A DNA stretch of 64,000 nucleotides from an uncultured bacterium (GCA_964551445.1 CAZKCG010000024.1:4849-68848), one strand, 5' to 3'. Numbered from the stretch's first letter, positions 35,693 through 45,322 are shown. Numbers and translations are program-made. Notes: generated by a model not told the origin, from the letters alone.

Positions 35693-35818
35693 TTCAGAGA
35701 AAAGATAATAGAGAACAGTGAATAGTTATTGAAGCCGTACTTCGCACGGTCATTTTAAAATGTCGGCCAAAGGCCGCCTCAATAACTATTCATTATTAAC
35801 TATTCATTATTCTCTGAA
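35693..35818. repeat. Long imperfect inverted repeat element filling a convergent intergenic region (MITE/REP-like)
   Basis: Arms TTCAGAGAA...TGAATAGTTATTGA / TCAATAACTATTCA...TTCTCTGAA; internal direct repeat TAACTATTCATTAT x2. Confidence 0.55.
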
Positions 35819-35823
35819 AAGCG

Positions 35824-36477
35824 CTATCGCCCGATAAGGAAATTAAAGATAGGCCCGAAAAATGTGTTGATTATTTTATCGGTGGCGCCCGATGAAATGA
35901 GTATTATGAAAAAGAGGAACCCGGCCGACGGCGGTATCTCGAAGTTTTCATAAATGCTGTCGGGAAGCATGCAGCGGATGACGTGGTATCCGTCGAGAGG
36001 CGGTATCGGGATCATGTTGAATATGCATAAAACTATATTTACCTGTATCATTGATATCAGAAAACGGATAGCGTAACTGGCTGATTCAAAACTAAGCCAG
36101 CCGGATGCGATGAAACTGTCGCCGTAAGAGAATAATAAACGGACCATGCCTGCGAAGAGCGCGGCCAGCAGAAAATTTGAAAGCGGTCCCGCGAGCGATA
36201 TCCAGTATTCGTCGGTTTTTGGATCGCGCAGGTTCCTCGGGTCTATCGGCACGGGTTTAGCCCATCCGAACATCACCGGGGAGTGTGATATCAAAAGAAG
36301 TATCGGCAGGATAACCGTTCCGAAAGGGTCTATGTGATCCACCGGGTTAAGGCTCAATCTGCCTTCGTCTTTCGCGGTCGTGTCGCCGCATCGGTAAGCC
36401 GCGAACGCGTGCGCGGCTTCGTGAATCGTTATCGCGATTATGAATCCTATGATCTGAATTCCTATGTCAGGGCTCAA
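35824..36477 (-). CDS. Site-2 protease (peptidase M50) family protein
   Basis: HEAAH, LAGPLSN, NMIPIPPLDG. Confidence 0.9.
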   Translation of the reverse strand: MSPDIGIQIIGFIIAITIHEAAHAFAAYRCGDTTAKDEGRLSLNPVDHIDPFGTVILPILLLISHSPVMFGWAKPVPIDPRNLRDPKTDEYWISLAGPLSNFLLAALFAGMVRLLFSYGDSFIASGWLSFESASYAIRFLISMIQVNIVLCIFNMIPIPPLDGYHVIRCMLPDSIYENFEIPPSAGFLFFIILISSGATDKIINTFFGPIFNFLIGR

Positions 36478-37508
36478 TTATGATCTTCCTTTCCGGTCAA
36501 TATCTCGCCGCAGACGTTGGCGGCCATTATCTTTTTTATTTTTCCCATTTTTTTGCTCTGGCCCAGCGCGTACATGAGTTTACAAAGCGTCGCCTCGAGC
36601 GTCATGTCGCGGGCGGCTATTGCGCCGATATTGGCGGCTTTCATTCCTACTTCATACAGGCTCAGATCCACCTCGCCGAGCAGGCATTGCGTGCCGATAA
36701 CGACAGGTATATTTTGTGATATCGCCCGCTCTATTCCCGGAAGGATAGTGTTCTCATTGGTAGGGATGTTTCCGGCGCCGAATCCTTCGACGACTATTCC
36801 TTCATAACCCATTTCGATAATTTTGTCGAATATTCGCGGCGAGATCGAAGGAAATATCTTTAAAAGAAATACGTTCTTATTAAAATTTTTATAAAGGACC
36901 GGCTTTTTGAGTGACGGCGGCAGCCGGTGGTTGAAAAGCTTTATCGTAAGCCCGACCTCGCCTATCGGTTCCTCGTTCACGGATTCGAACGCGTTCAAAT
37001 GAAAAGCCGATATTTTTTTTGCCCTGCAGCCTCTTATAATATGTTCCCCGAATAATATCGCAACCTCGTTAATATCTTTCGTCGCGGTTATAAAGGAATT
37101 TATGAAATTATTGCGCGCGTCGGACCCGATCTCGCCCAGAGGCATTTGCGACCCCGTGAAAATGACCGGTTTGGAGAGGTTTTGGAGCATGAACGAGACG
37201 GCCGCGGCTGAATAGGCGAGAGTGTCCGTTCCGTGCGTTACGACGAAGCCGTCGTATTCATTATAATTGTTATATATAAGCTCGGCCAGTTTCTGCCAGT
37301 GTTCGACCTGGATATTGGTGGAATCTATGTTGAACACGTCCATTTTAGTGACGTGGGCGATCTTGCGTATCTCGGGAATGTGCTTTATCAGTTCGGTGGA
37401 TGTTTTAGCCGGCATGAGGGTTTTAGAACTTTTATCATGCACCATTGTTATGGTGCCGCCTGTAGTGATAAGAAGTATATGGGGTTTATCGGTTTTTTTA
37501 GTGTTCAT
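36474..37508 (-). CDS. ansA: L-asparaginase type I
   Basis: TGGTI, DSTN, HGTDT, TGSQ.P; likely start MNTKK at 37508. Confidence 0.88.
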   Translation of the reverse strand: MNTKKTDKPHILLITTGGTITMVHDKSSKTLMPAKTSTELIKHIPEIRKIAHVTKMDVFNIDSTNIQVEHWQKLAELIYNNYNEYDGFVVTHGTDTLAYSAAAVSFMLQNLSKPVIFTGSQMPLGEIGSDARNNFINSFITATKDINEVAILFGEHIIRGCRAKKISAFHLNAFESVNEEPIGEVGLTIKLFNHRLPPSLKKPVLYKNFNKNVFLLKIFPSISPRIFDKIIEMGYEGIVVEGFGAGNIPTNENTILPGIERAISQNIPVVIGTQCLLGEVDLSLYEVGMKAANIGAIAARDMTLEATLCKLMYALGQSKKMGKIKKIMAANVCGEILTGKEDHN

Positions 37509-37774
37509 AGCGGACGGAATTATAACACAAAAAGATCGGCCAGTCAATTTTATAACGGGCGGCGGAATTAAAAAACCACAATTTATTTATTTTTTGTTTT
37601 CGCTCATTAATTTATCAGTAAATTCGCCGATGTTTAATCACAAGTGAGACTCAAATTCATAAAAATATTGAAAGCGGACCGTAAATTTAGTTAAAAGATT
37701 GTCGATATAAAAAAAAGAAAAGCAATTGTTATGGTTGCAAATTAACTATTTTAACATACATTAAGGAGGAGTTT

Positions 37775-39142
37775 ATGGTAAGTTACAAAGCACAACGTCT
37801 GATGATTGTACTTACTCTTTTCATTTCAACGGTTTTCTTGTACGGGTGTGGAAGTTCTACGAGCTCGAGCGTTTCTAATTCATCGCTGCGTTTCGAGATC
37901 AGGGATGTCACTACGAAGGCGCCGCTTGATAATGTTCAGGTTATGGTTACTGGTTCGGACCCCTCGAACGCCAACGGGCCGGTTTCGATTTTAAGACAGT
38001 TAAAAACAGACAGCAGAGGAAAAGCTACGGCGTCGGATCTTCCTCCCGACAGACCATATCAGGTAGTTCTGGCCAAGGAAGGATATCAGAATCCGCCGAA
38101 CAATAATAACGTTCAGCCTCAGTTCATTCCATCCATACCAGCGGCCGGATTTAACGTGGAACAGGGCGCTACATATGACATCATCGGCTATCTTATAAGA
38201 TCCGATTCACCCGCGACGGGAACCATTCGCGGTTATGTAAAAAATCGCGTGACGGGCGAACCAATATCTAATGCAACGGTTTTTACAAATGCCGTGAACC
38301 AGATAGCTTCCGTTATCGATACGACCGACAAGCCTTCGAAACCCGGATATTATGAACTCTCAAACGTTCCATCGGGCCAGGGCACGGTTTTAAACGTAAC
38401 CATTCCCGGCGTCGCTAACGTTACCAACACTGTAACGATCCCCGGAAATGGAACGATAGACTATGACATTTTCATAGATCCGGGCGTGGGCACTATAAAC
38501 GGAAATATACTCGCTTCGCCGAACGAAGTTCTTCCGCCGGGAACTTACGTGATCCAGGTGCTCAGAAACGGTACTGATATAGTTACTTCCAGAACCGAGA
38601 CAATAGGCGATACGGCGGCTGAAAAAGCTCATCCTTACACGATCGCCAACGTGCCCGTAGTAATGACCGGCTCTACGTCATCTTACACGGTTAAAATCGT
38701 AAGCGACGTCGTTCACATGACCAACCCCGCCGGCGGCGTCTCCGGAATAACAATGAGACAGACGGCTCAGGTAGTTGAAGTGCCTGCTATAACGGTAATG
38801 TCTGAAAAAGGCACTATTCTGTTGACATTGTATCACGCGCCGATCGCCGTTTTAAATCCTAACGGTGAAAGCGACGCCGGTCTTTCGACAATGGCGCCTC
38901 AGGCCTCGATAACAGTAGCTAACGCGCTTGTGGAATCGATTTTCGTGAATGAAGGCCCGACAAGATTTTACAGATACCGTATAAACAATGTTCCGGTCGG
39001 AAAACGCACATTGACCGTAAATTTTCCCGGGCATAACGTAAGCGGCACGCTCTCGGTCAACTCGGTAAAAGACAGCGAAGTTTCAGCCCTGTTCACTCTT
39101 ACGGAAGGCGCCGGCGGCGGAGCCGCTCCGAGGTCCAGATAA
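37775..39142 (+). CDS. Lipoprotein with carboxypeptidase-regulatory-like (Cna-B/transthyretin-like) Ig domains
   Basis: Lipobox LYGC followed by a Ser-rich linker; GTIRGYVKN..TGEPISNATV repeats; RBS AAGGAGGAG. Confidence 0.65.
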   Translation: MVSYKAQRLMIVLTLFISTVFLYGCGSSTSSSVSNSSLRFEIRDVTTKAPLDNVQVMVTGSDPSNANGPVSILRQLKTDSRGKATASDLPPDRPYQVVLAKEGYQNPPNNNNVQPQFIPSIPAAGFNVEQGATYDIIGYLIRSDSPATGTIRGYVKNRVTGEPISNATVFTNAVNQIASVIDTTDKPSKPGYYELSNVPSGQGTVLNVTIPGVANVTNTVTIPGNGTIDYDIFIDPGVGTINGNILASPNEVLPPGTYVIQVLRNGTDIVTSRTETIGDTAAEKAHPYTIANVPVVMTGSTSSYTVKIVSDVVHMTNPAGGVSGITMRQTAQVVEVPAITVMSEKGTILLTLYHAPIAVLNPNGESDAGLSTMAPQASITVANALVESIFVNEGPTRFYRYRINNVPVGKRTLTVNFPGHNVSGTLSVNSVKDSEVSALFTLTEGAGGGAAPRSR

Positions 39143-39235
39143 GAATGAGAACATTATACGGCATAAAACTGAAATCGGGTGAAATAGCAAATGACAAGTA
39201 ATAACAGTAACAGTGATGGCGGAGGGACAAAATAT

Positions 39236-40180
39236 ATGAGAGTGAGCAATTTTAGAAAGTTAACTACCCTTTTAATAATTGCCGTAATTATCTCGGCCGC
39301 CACCTTAGTTTCAAACGCTAACGCCGGCTCGGCCGGCGGCGCGGCCGCATACCTGAAGATGGGCGTATCAGCACGCGCCCTTGGAATGGGTGAGGCTTTC
39401 TGCGCGGTGGCTGACGACGCTTCGGCAACCTACTACAACCCGGCCGGCCTCGGCGGCCTTAAAAAAAGAGAATTTCTGACCATGCATGCGATGCTCAGCC
39501 TTGACCGTAAATTTGATTTCGCAAATTACGTCCTGCCGGACAAAAAACGCGGCGGAGTGTGGGGACTTTCGTGGACGAAGTTCGGGGTCGATGAAATACC
39601 TGAAACGCGCGTTGACGGCGTCGGAGCTCCGATCCTTGACGCGAGCGGCAATGTAAGGATATTCAGTTATTTTTCGGATCAGGAAAATTCATATGCTCTT
39701 TCTTACGGAAAACAGATGAACGCGAAAAGAAGACTCGGCGCATCCCTGAAGTTATTGCGTCACTCACTTTTTGATTCCAGCGCCAACGGTATGGGATTAG
39801 ACCTCGGCTGGCACCTGAAAAGCGATGAGAAAACGAGTTTCGGCCTCGCCGTTAAAAACCTCGGCGCATCCCTTAAATGGAACACGGCCTCGGGCCAGAA
39901 AGATTCGATCCCGGTTACGATGGTGTTCGGCACGGCTTATCAGCTTAAACCCCGGATCCTCACCGCTATGGATCTGGAACAGACCGGTTCGGAAGGCCTC
40001 AAGCTGAAACTTGGCGTCGAAGGCCGGGTCAATGAAAAAATAGCGCTTCGCGCGGGCGTTAACAACAAAAAATTCTCGATAGGCGCGGGGTTCAATTCGA
40101 ACGACTGGCATTTTGACTATGCTTTCTACGATGAAACCCTCGGAGCTAATCATAGAATATCAGCCGGAAGAAGTTTCTAA
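39236..40180 (+). CDS. PorV/PorQ (UPF0164)-like outer-membrane beta-barrel protein
   Basis: YLKMGVSARALGMGEAF.AVADDASATYYNPAGL signature; C-terminal Phe; signal peptide. Confidence 0.8.
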   Translation: MRVSNFRKLTTLLIIAVIISAATLVSNANAGSAGGAAAYLKMGVSARALGMGEAFCAVADDASATYYNPAGLGGLKKREFLTMHAMLSLDRKFDFANYVLPDKKRGGVWGLSWTKFGVDEIPETRVDGVGAPILDASGNVRIFSYFSDQENSYALSYGKQMNAKRRLGASLKLLRHSLFDSSANGMGLDLGWHLKSDEKTSFGLAVKNLGASLKWNTASGQKDSIPVTMVFGTAYQLKPRILTAMDLEQTGSEGLKLKLGVEGRVNEKIALRAGVNNKKFSIGAGFNSNDWHFDYAFYDETLGANHRISAGRSF

Positions 40181-40213
40181 GAGTTAAAAAAACTTAAAAT
40201 TTCATAGAAAATA

Positions 40214-40255
40214 AAGAAAAAAAGATAAAAATTAATAATTTTTATCTTTTTTCTT
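40214..40255 (+). terminator. AT-rich inverted repeat, probable terminator
   Basis: AAGAAAAAAAGATAAAAATT-aat-AATTTTTATCTTTTTTCTT. Confidence 0.45.
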
Positions 40256-40360
40256 ATTCAAAACTTGAATTTTTTAAATTTTTGAAGTATAATTAACGAG
40301 TGTTATTCATGCCTTTTTAAAATGAGCATATATGGCACGAAACCGAACCGGAGGATAACC

Positions 40361-41134
40361 ATGATGAGAAAAACCGTCGACAGAACAAAAGAAATAATAG
40401 AAAACATAAAAAAACTCAGCGCCGATAATGAAACCGAGCTTTCAAAAGCCGCCTTAAGCCTTGAAAAACACGGACTTAATTTCGTGAGCGTTTTTCTTGA
40501 AAATTATGAATCGTTTAATCCCGAAATAATAATGAAGGCGATAAAAGCATCACTTAACATTCATGTCGACGAAACTTCAAAAAAAGACGCTAAAGTATTA
40601 GACTCAATATTAAAGCGCCTTGTCGTGATATACGCGAATGAAAAAAACGACAATATGATCTCGATGTGGCTTACCATGCTCGGAAAATACGGCAATGTTC
40701 ACACCATTCCGGTAATAGCGCGCTCGCTTATTTCGGAAGATAAAAGGATCCGCGCAAACGCCGTCGAAGCTATAGGCAACATTGGCGGCGGCCAGGTCAA
40801 GGAACTGCTTCTTCCTTATCTCAAAGATTCTTCGAACCGCGTCAAGGCGAATACGGCCATAGCGCTCTGGGAATTCAATGAATTAAGAAGCGTCGTCAAA
40901 AAAGCTTTTGACGAAATGATAATCGACCGCGATAAATGGATGAAAGCTTCCGCTTTTTATGCGTTCGGCGAAATAAAGGCCGACGAGTTCGTCCAGATAC
41001 TTTTAAATTCGATAGACGACAGCGACGAGGATATCTGCAAGAACGCCTTTCTTGCCCTTGTCGGTTATGCCGAACAATACTCGGGAGCTGAAGATATAAT
41101 ACCGGAGAAAAACCCGTCCAGATCTAAAAAATAG
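40361..41134 (+). CDS. HEAT-repeat protein
   Basis: RIRANAVEAIG, RVKANTAIAL, KASAFYAFGE; ATG 40361 after GGAGG. Confidence 0.75.
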   Translation: MMRKTVDRTKEIIENIKKLSADNETELSKAALSLEKHGLNFVSVFLENYESFNPEIIMKAIKASLNIHVDETSKKDAKVLDSILKRLVVIYANEKNDNMISMWLTMLGKYGNVHTIPVIARSLISEDKRIRANAVEAIGNIGGGQVKELLLPYLKDSSNRVKANTAIALWEFNELRSVVKKAFDEMIIDRDKWMKASAFYAFGEIKADEFVQILLNSIDDSDEDICKNAFLALVGYAEQYSGAEDIIPEKNPSRSKK

Positions 41135-41224
41135 CGCCGCTACGGGTCATAGCGGAAAAATCTTTAAAAGTATAAAAATAATCTTTTTTGTTTTTTAATA
41201 AATTTATATGGAGGTTTTGGTTAT

Positions 41225-41998
41225 ATGGTAGTAAAGCGTTGGACGCCTGAAGATGAAGAATTTATAATTCAAAACTATTCGAAACTGACCAATCGCGAGC
41301 TTTCCGATAAATTCGGGGTCAGCGCGATCGCGATACAGCGAAAGCTCGCAAGGCTTAAGCTTATGCGTCAGTTCCAGAAAAAATGGACCGACGAAGAGGA
41401 AGCGTTCCTTCGGGAGAAATATCCCGAAATGAGCGACAAAGCTCTGGCGAAGGTCTTTAATGTAACCGAGATCTCCATTAAAAGAAAACTTGCCCGCCTT
41501 GGGTTTAAGCGCAATCTTCGCGTAAAAAGCGCGGTTTCAGTTTCGGCCGTATCTTCATCGGCCGTCATGCCTAAAAAAAATAAAACCGCTTCCGGCGTTT
41601 CTAAAAAGGCCGTTAAACCGAAAGTTCAGGCCGCCGCCGTCAGGAACCCTGAAAAATCACATGAAAAAATAGTCGAGTCAAAACTTTCTGAAATGCCGCC
41701 AGCGCGTCAGGATGTTAAAGACCTTGTCATAGAAGCCCGCGAAGAATTCAAAGCGGAAACGGAAAAGGTTTTGAAGACGAACGGCGGCAAAACGCACCGT
41801 GATGAAAAACAATATGCGGCGACGGAATTATACGAAATAGGCGATCTTATATTTCATAAAGCCTGGGCCGACCGCGGAAAGGTTGTAAAGATCATCGAGA
41901 CCGCCGGCGGAAACAAGGCTATCGTGGTTGATTTTAATAAGCATGGAAAAAGAACTCTTATAGAGGGAATGAAGGAAAAGCAAATGCCGAATTACTGA
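41225..41998 (+). CDS. Putative DNA-binding protein: two Myb/HTH-like repeats + C-terminal Tudor-like (PcrA-CTD/DUF3553-like) domain
   Basis: WTxEDE.F...Y..L...EL...F......I.RKLARL twice; Lys/Ala linker; YEIGDLIFHKAW..GKVV...IVVDF...GKRTL. Confidence 0.55.
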   Translation: MVVKRWTPEDEEFIIQNYSKLTNRELSDKFGVSAIAIQRKLARLKLMRQFQKKWTDEEEAFLREKYPEMSDKALAKVFNVTEISIKRKLARLGFKRNLRVKSAVSVSAVSSSAVMPKKNKTASGVSKKAVKPKVQAAAVRNPEKSHEKIVESKLSEMPPARQDVKDLVIEAREEFKAETEKVLKTNGGKTHRDEKQYAATELYEIGDLIFHKAWADRGKVVKIIETAGGNKAIVVDFNKHGKRTLIEGMKEKQMPNY

Positions 41999-42028
41999 CC
42001 TGCTTAGGCCCTGCGTCATTTTCCATAT

Positions 42029-42076
42029 AAATGAAAAGAGGCTGCGATCTTTAAGAACCACAGCCTCTTTTCATTT
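42029..42076. terminator. Bidirectional intrinsic terminator
   Basis: AAATGAAAAGAGGCTG...CAGCCTCTTTTCATTT. Confidence 0.8.
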
Positions 42077-42092
42077 TGATTCAGAAACCAAA

Positions 42093-42155
42093 CTATTTTT
42101 TTTTCGTAGCGGCTTTTTTCTGAGCAGCAGCTTTTTCAGCGGGTTTTTTTCCCAT
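42093..42155 (-). CDS. 20-aa Lys/Ala-rich microprotein MGKKPAEKAAAQKKAATKKK
   Basis: Hand-translated; RBS AAAGAGGTGA 9 nt upstream, promoter upstream and terminator downstream. Confidence 0.7.
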   Translation of the reverse strand: MGKKPAEKAAAQKKAATKKK

Positions 42156-42195
42156 GTTAGAAGTTCACCTCTTTTTTCTATATTATGTACTTCTT

Positions 42196-42225
42196 ATATT
42201 ACTAAAAAAAGCCGGATTTTGTCAA
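42196..42225 (-). promoter_or_regulatory. Sigma70 promoter of the microprotein gene
   Basis: TTGACA-18 nt-TAATAT on the minus strand. Confidence 0.55.
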
Positions 42226-42426
42226 GTATATTTTGAATTATTTTTATTTATTTTGAATATGCAAAAGTTATATTGATTCAAAACAGTTTGAAATCAGAGT
42301 TTATCACGAAAAAATAAGAGCGAATAAAAAATCGGCTGTTCCGCACAAGGATTGAAATTATTGAACAAATCATGTATAATCAAGTCATCGCAAATTTCGG
42401 AACGCAAAAGAACGGGAGATGTTTTT

Positions 42427-42936
42427 ATGCCGGATAAGCCTAACGGTGAGGAAAAAACGATTTTACAGAGCGGGTTGGAATTTTTTATTCCAGGCTACAA
42501 AGGCTATCGCGAGTCGGAATCGATAATCGAGGCCGATTCCAAGGTCAGGGCTTTTATAGCCAGAAATATCGATGAATTTATCGCAGCGGTGGACGCAATG
42601 AAAAAAAACGCCGCGACGGCTGCCGGCGGGCTCAAACTGCTGCCCCGTCTTGAATCCGTTACGAGCGTTTTGAAAAAGGTTTCGGCTCAGATACAATTCG
42701 CGGGTTCAGCCTCGGCGGGTTTTGGTTACGGCGGTTTCACCAATGAAAATTGCGTGAAGCTGAAAGCGTTCGACGACGGCATATATTTTTCGCTGCAGGA
42801 AGCAAGGCTTATCGTCGAAGAACAGAAAGCGGAAGCCGGGTTCGCGAGGCTCGATGAGTTCGCTTCGAAGATCTCTGCCTGGGCGGACCGGTTTTCCGGC
42901 CAGTTAAGATCGCGCAATGATCTAATTAAAAATTAA
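42427..42936 (+). CDS. Conserved hypothetical helical protein (IPGYKGY...E....AD..VR family)
   Basis: ATG 42427 after GGGAG; directly upstream of the SPFH gene. Confidence 0.6.
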   Translation: MPDKPNGEEKTILQSGLEFFIPGYKGYRESESIIEADSKVRAFIARNIDEFIAAVDAMKKNAATAAGGLKLLPRLESVTSVLKKVSAQIQFAGSASAGFGYGGFTNENCVKLKAFDDGIYFSLQEARLIVEEQKAEAGFARLDEFASKISAWADRFSGQLRSRNDLIKN

Positions 42937-42952
42937 CGGAGGGGTTAAGTAA

Positions 42953-44005
42953 ATGAGCCAGTTCATAGAGGTCCTTGAATTTTTAGACAACAGCGGGCAG
43001 GTAATGGTTCAAAGGATACCGCAAAACGATTCGGGCGAGATAAAATACGGCGCTCAGCTTATCGTTCAGGAAAATCAGACCGCCATTTTCGTTAAGGACG
43101 GAAAATTTCTGGACACTTTCGCTTCCGGCCGCCATACGCTGATAACGGAGAATATTCCGATATTGACGAAGATACTGTCGCTGCCCTATGGTTTTAAATC
43201 GCCTTTCCGGGCTTCGGTTTATTTTATTTCGCTCGCCGAACATACTAATTTGAAGTGGGGCACTTCCGAACCTATAGTGTTCAAAGATTCCGAATTTCAA
43301 TACGTCAGGCTTCGCGCCCGGGGGACTTATTCGGTAAGGGTTTCAGACCCTTCGATATTTATCGGAAAGATAGTCGGAACCGCCGGCAGATACGATATAA
43401 CGAAGCTCGAGGATTATTTAAGAAATACCATCGTTTCCCAATTTTTTGACGCTCTCGGTTCGAACTTAACGACGGTGCTTGATCTTCCGTCCATCTATGA
43501 AGAACTGGGCCTGCTTGTTCTCAATCAGGTCAAGGAGGCTTTCGCGAAATACGGGCTTGAGGTCGGCGAGATAAAAGTTCTGGGCATAACCATGCCTGAA
43601 GAGATACAAAAGGTCATCGACGAGCGCGCTTCAATGGCGGCCGCCGGCGATCTTAACAAATACACAAAATTCAAGGCGGCGCAGTCTCTTAAAGATTTCG
43701 CTCATAATCAGGGCGGCGGAAGCGGATTTGGACACGCCGCGATGGACATGGGCGTAGGAATGGCGATGGGACAGATCATCGCGGGAGCTTTGAAGGATCA
43801 AAATGATAACCCTCAGCTCAACCAGAACCACAATAGTCAGACGCAAGGGATGCCCTGCCGGAAATGTCAGGCTCAAAACCCTCAAGGCGCAAAGTTTTGC
43901 ATGAACTGCGGAGAAAAATTCGCACCCGCCGGTTTCTGCGCCGGATGTTCGACCCAGAACGCCGCGGCGGCCAAATTCTGTAATAATTGCGGCGGGAAAT
44001 TATAG
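42953..44005 (+). CDS. SPFH/band-7 (YdjI-like) protein with C-terminal double zinc ribbon
   Basis: GAQLIVQENQTAIF..G...D.F..GRHTL.TENIPIL; KWGT; C-terminal CxxC...AKFC..CG repeats. Confidence 0.85.
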   Translation: MSQFIEVLEFLDNSGQVMVQRIPQNDSGEIKYGAQLIVQENQTAIFVKDGKFLDTFASGRHTLITENIPILTKILSLPYGFKSPFRASVYFISLAEHTNLKWGTSEPIVFKDSEFQYVRLRARGTYSVRVSDPSIFIGKIVGTAGRYDITKLEDYLRNTIVSQFFDALGSNLTTVLDLPSIYEELGLLVLNQVKEAFAKYGLEVGEIKVLGITMPEEIQKVIDERASMAAAGDLNKYTKFKAAQSLKDFAHNQGGGSGFGHAAMDMGVGMAMGQIIAGALKDQNDNPQLNQNHNSQTQGMPCRKCQAQNPQGAKFCMNCGEKFAPAGFCAGCSTQNAAAAKFCNNCGGKL

Positions 44006-44044
44006 CTCGATCCGGCGGCCGGATTAAAATCTGAGTTTAAAAAT

Positions 44045-44084
44045 AAAAGTCCCTCGGTTCGATATCGCAACTGAGGGACTTTTT
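44045..44084. terminator. Bidirectional intrinsic terminator
   Basis: AAAAGTCCCTCGGTT...AACTGAGGGACTTTTT. Confidence 0.8.
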
Positions 44085-44909
44085 CTATGCGTTTTTTCGG
44101 GCAAGTATCATATAATTTTCGCCTTCGTAGGATTTTTCTTTATAAAGGCTTTCCAGGAGCCAGCTTGTGATGGGCGTGACGATTTTTTCGTGAAGGTCGG
44201 GGAACGGGATATAGCGCCCGAGAGTTTTTTTATAGGCGATCCCGCGGTATAAATAATAAGAAGTTATCATCTGGACGATTATAGCGGACAGCGACGCGTA
44301 TTTTTTGTGCTGGATCACGGTGAAACCGGAGTCTTTCAGAAGCGCGTCCCATTTTTTATAAGCGTATATCGAATTGAGCCTGAAATATGAGCCGATATTG
44401 TGGTTGAAAAGTTTCATGATATTGGTTTGGGCGACGGACGCGATAAATTTCGAGAAAAGATCGGCGTGAAATTTCGGCACGAGCGTCGGCACGGTAAAAC
44501 AGAGCATTCCGTCTTTTTCAAGAACGCGCCAGGCTTCGTTCAAAACAGCCGCCGGTTTTTTCACGTGCGCCAGAAGATCGTTCGCCATAACGAATTTAAA
44601 GCTTTCATCGTTATACGGAATATCTTCTGCTTCGGCTACCTTTATATCCCTGTAAACGCCTCTTTTATAGGACAGATCGACCTCCGACTCGCTGGAATCG
44701 ATCGCGCAGTCCACGAAATCCTTGTTCTTGAATAAGACGGACGCGAAAAGCCCGTCTCCGGAACCGAGATCGAGCATCGGATGCATGAAGGGGACCCGGT
44801 CCATTATCCTGCATTCGAGAGCTCTTATAAGGGCGAGCGATACGGGGGCGTTTTTAAGATATTCGTTCAAAAAATTTTCGTGATTTTTTTTATCGTGAGA
44901 TCCGTTCAT
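44085..44909 (-). CDS. Class I SAM-dependent methyltransferase
   Basis: MLDLGSGDG motif I; EAWRVLEKDG; likely start MNGSHD at 44909 (AAGGA RBS). Confidence 0.8.
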   Translation of the reverse strand: MNGSHDKKNHENFLNEYLKNAPVSLALIRALECRIMDRVPFMHPMLDLGSGDGLFASVLFKNKDFVDCAIDSSESEVDLSYKRGVYRDIKVAEAEDIPYNDESFKFVMANDLLAHVKKPAAVLNEAWRVLEKDGMLCFTVPTLVPKFHADLFSKFIASVAQTNIMKLFNHNIGSYFRLNSIYAYKKWDALLKDSGFTVIQHKKYASLSAIIVQMITSYYLYRGIAYKKTLGRYIPFPDLHEKIVTPITSWLLESLYKEKSYEGENYMILARKNA

Positions 44910-44959
44910 TTTTATTTCCTTCTGGTATTTCGATCCGCCGTCATTGCTGACGCGCAATA

Positions 44960-45322
44960 CTATTTTTTCTGAGTTATATAGAACAATCCTATGACCACCA
45001 AAAGTATTCCGAACGAGCGCTTTAAGACCAGATCGTCCATTTTCATTACGAATTTCGCTGAAACATAGCTTCCGACAAGGAATCCGCATACCAAAACGAT
45101 CGAGGCCCTGATGTCCACGAGGCCGTTTTTATAATACTCGAGAAAAGCGAGTATCCCTATGGGAGGCAGAAGCATGGCGAGAGTGGTTCCAGTGGCCATT
45201 TTCTGACTGAAGCCGTAAAAAAAAACGAGGGCAGGGATCACTAAGACGCCGCCGCCTATTCCGAACATTCCGCTTAAAGCGCCGACTGTAAGCCCGAGTA
45301 TGGTTAGCGTAAAGTATATCAT
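44960..45322 (-). CDS. Half-size TauE/SafE (sulfite exporter) family membrane protein
   Basis: G.LSGMFGIGGGVLVIPAL, ATGTTLAMLLPPIG; 120 aa. Confidence 0.8.
   Translation of the reverse strand: MIYFTLTILGLTVGALSGMFGIGGGVLVIPALVFFYGFSQKMATGTTLAMLLPPIGILAFLEYYKNGLVDIRASIVLVCGFLVGSYVSAKFVMKMDDLVLKRSFGILLVVIGLFYITQKK

Noticed and set aside
44910-45089. N-terminal extension of the methyltransferase in the ORF track
   Set aside because: Overlaps the TauE gene in another frame; a better ATG with RBS lies at 44909.
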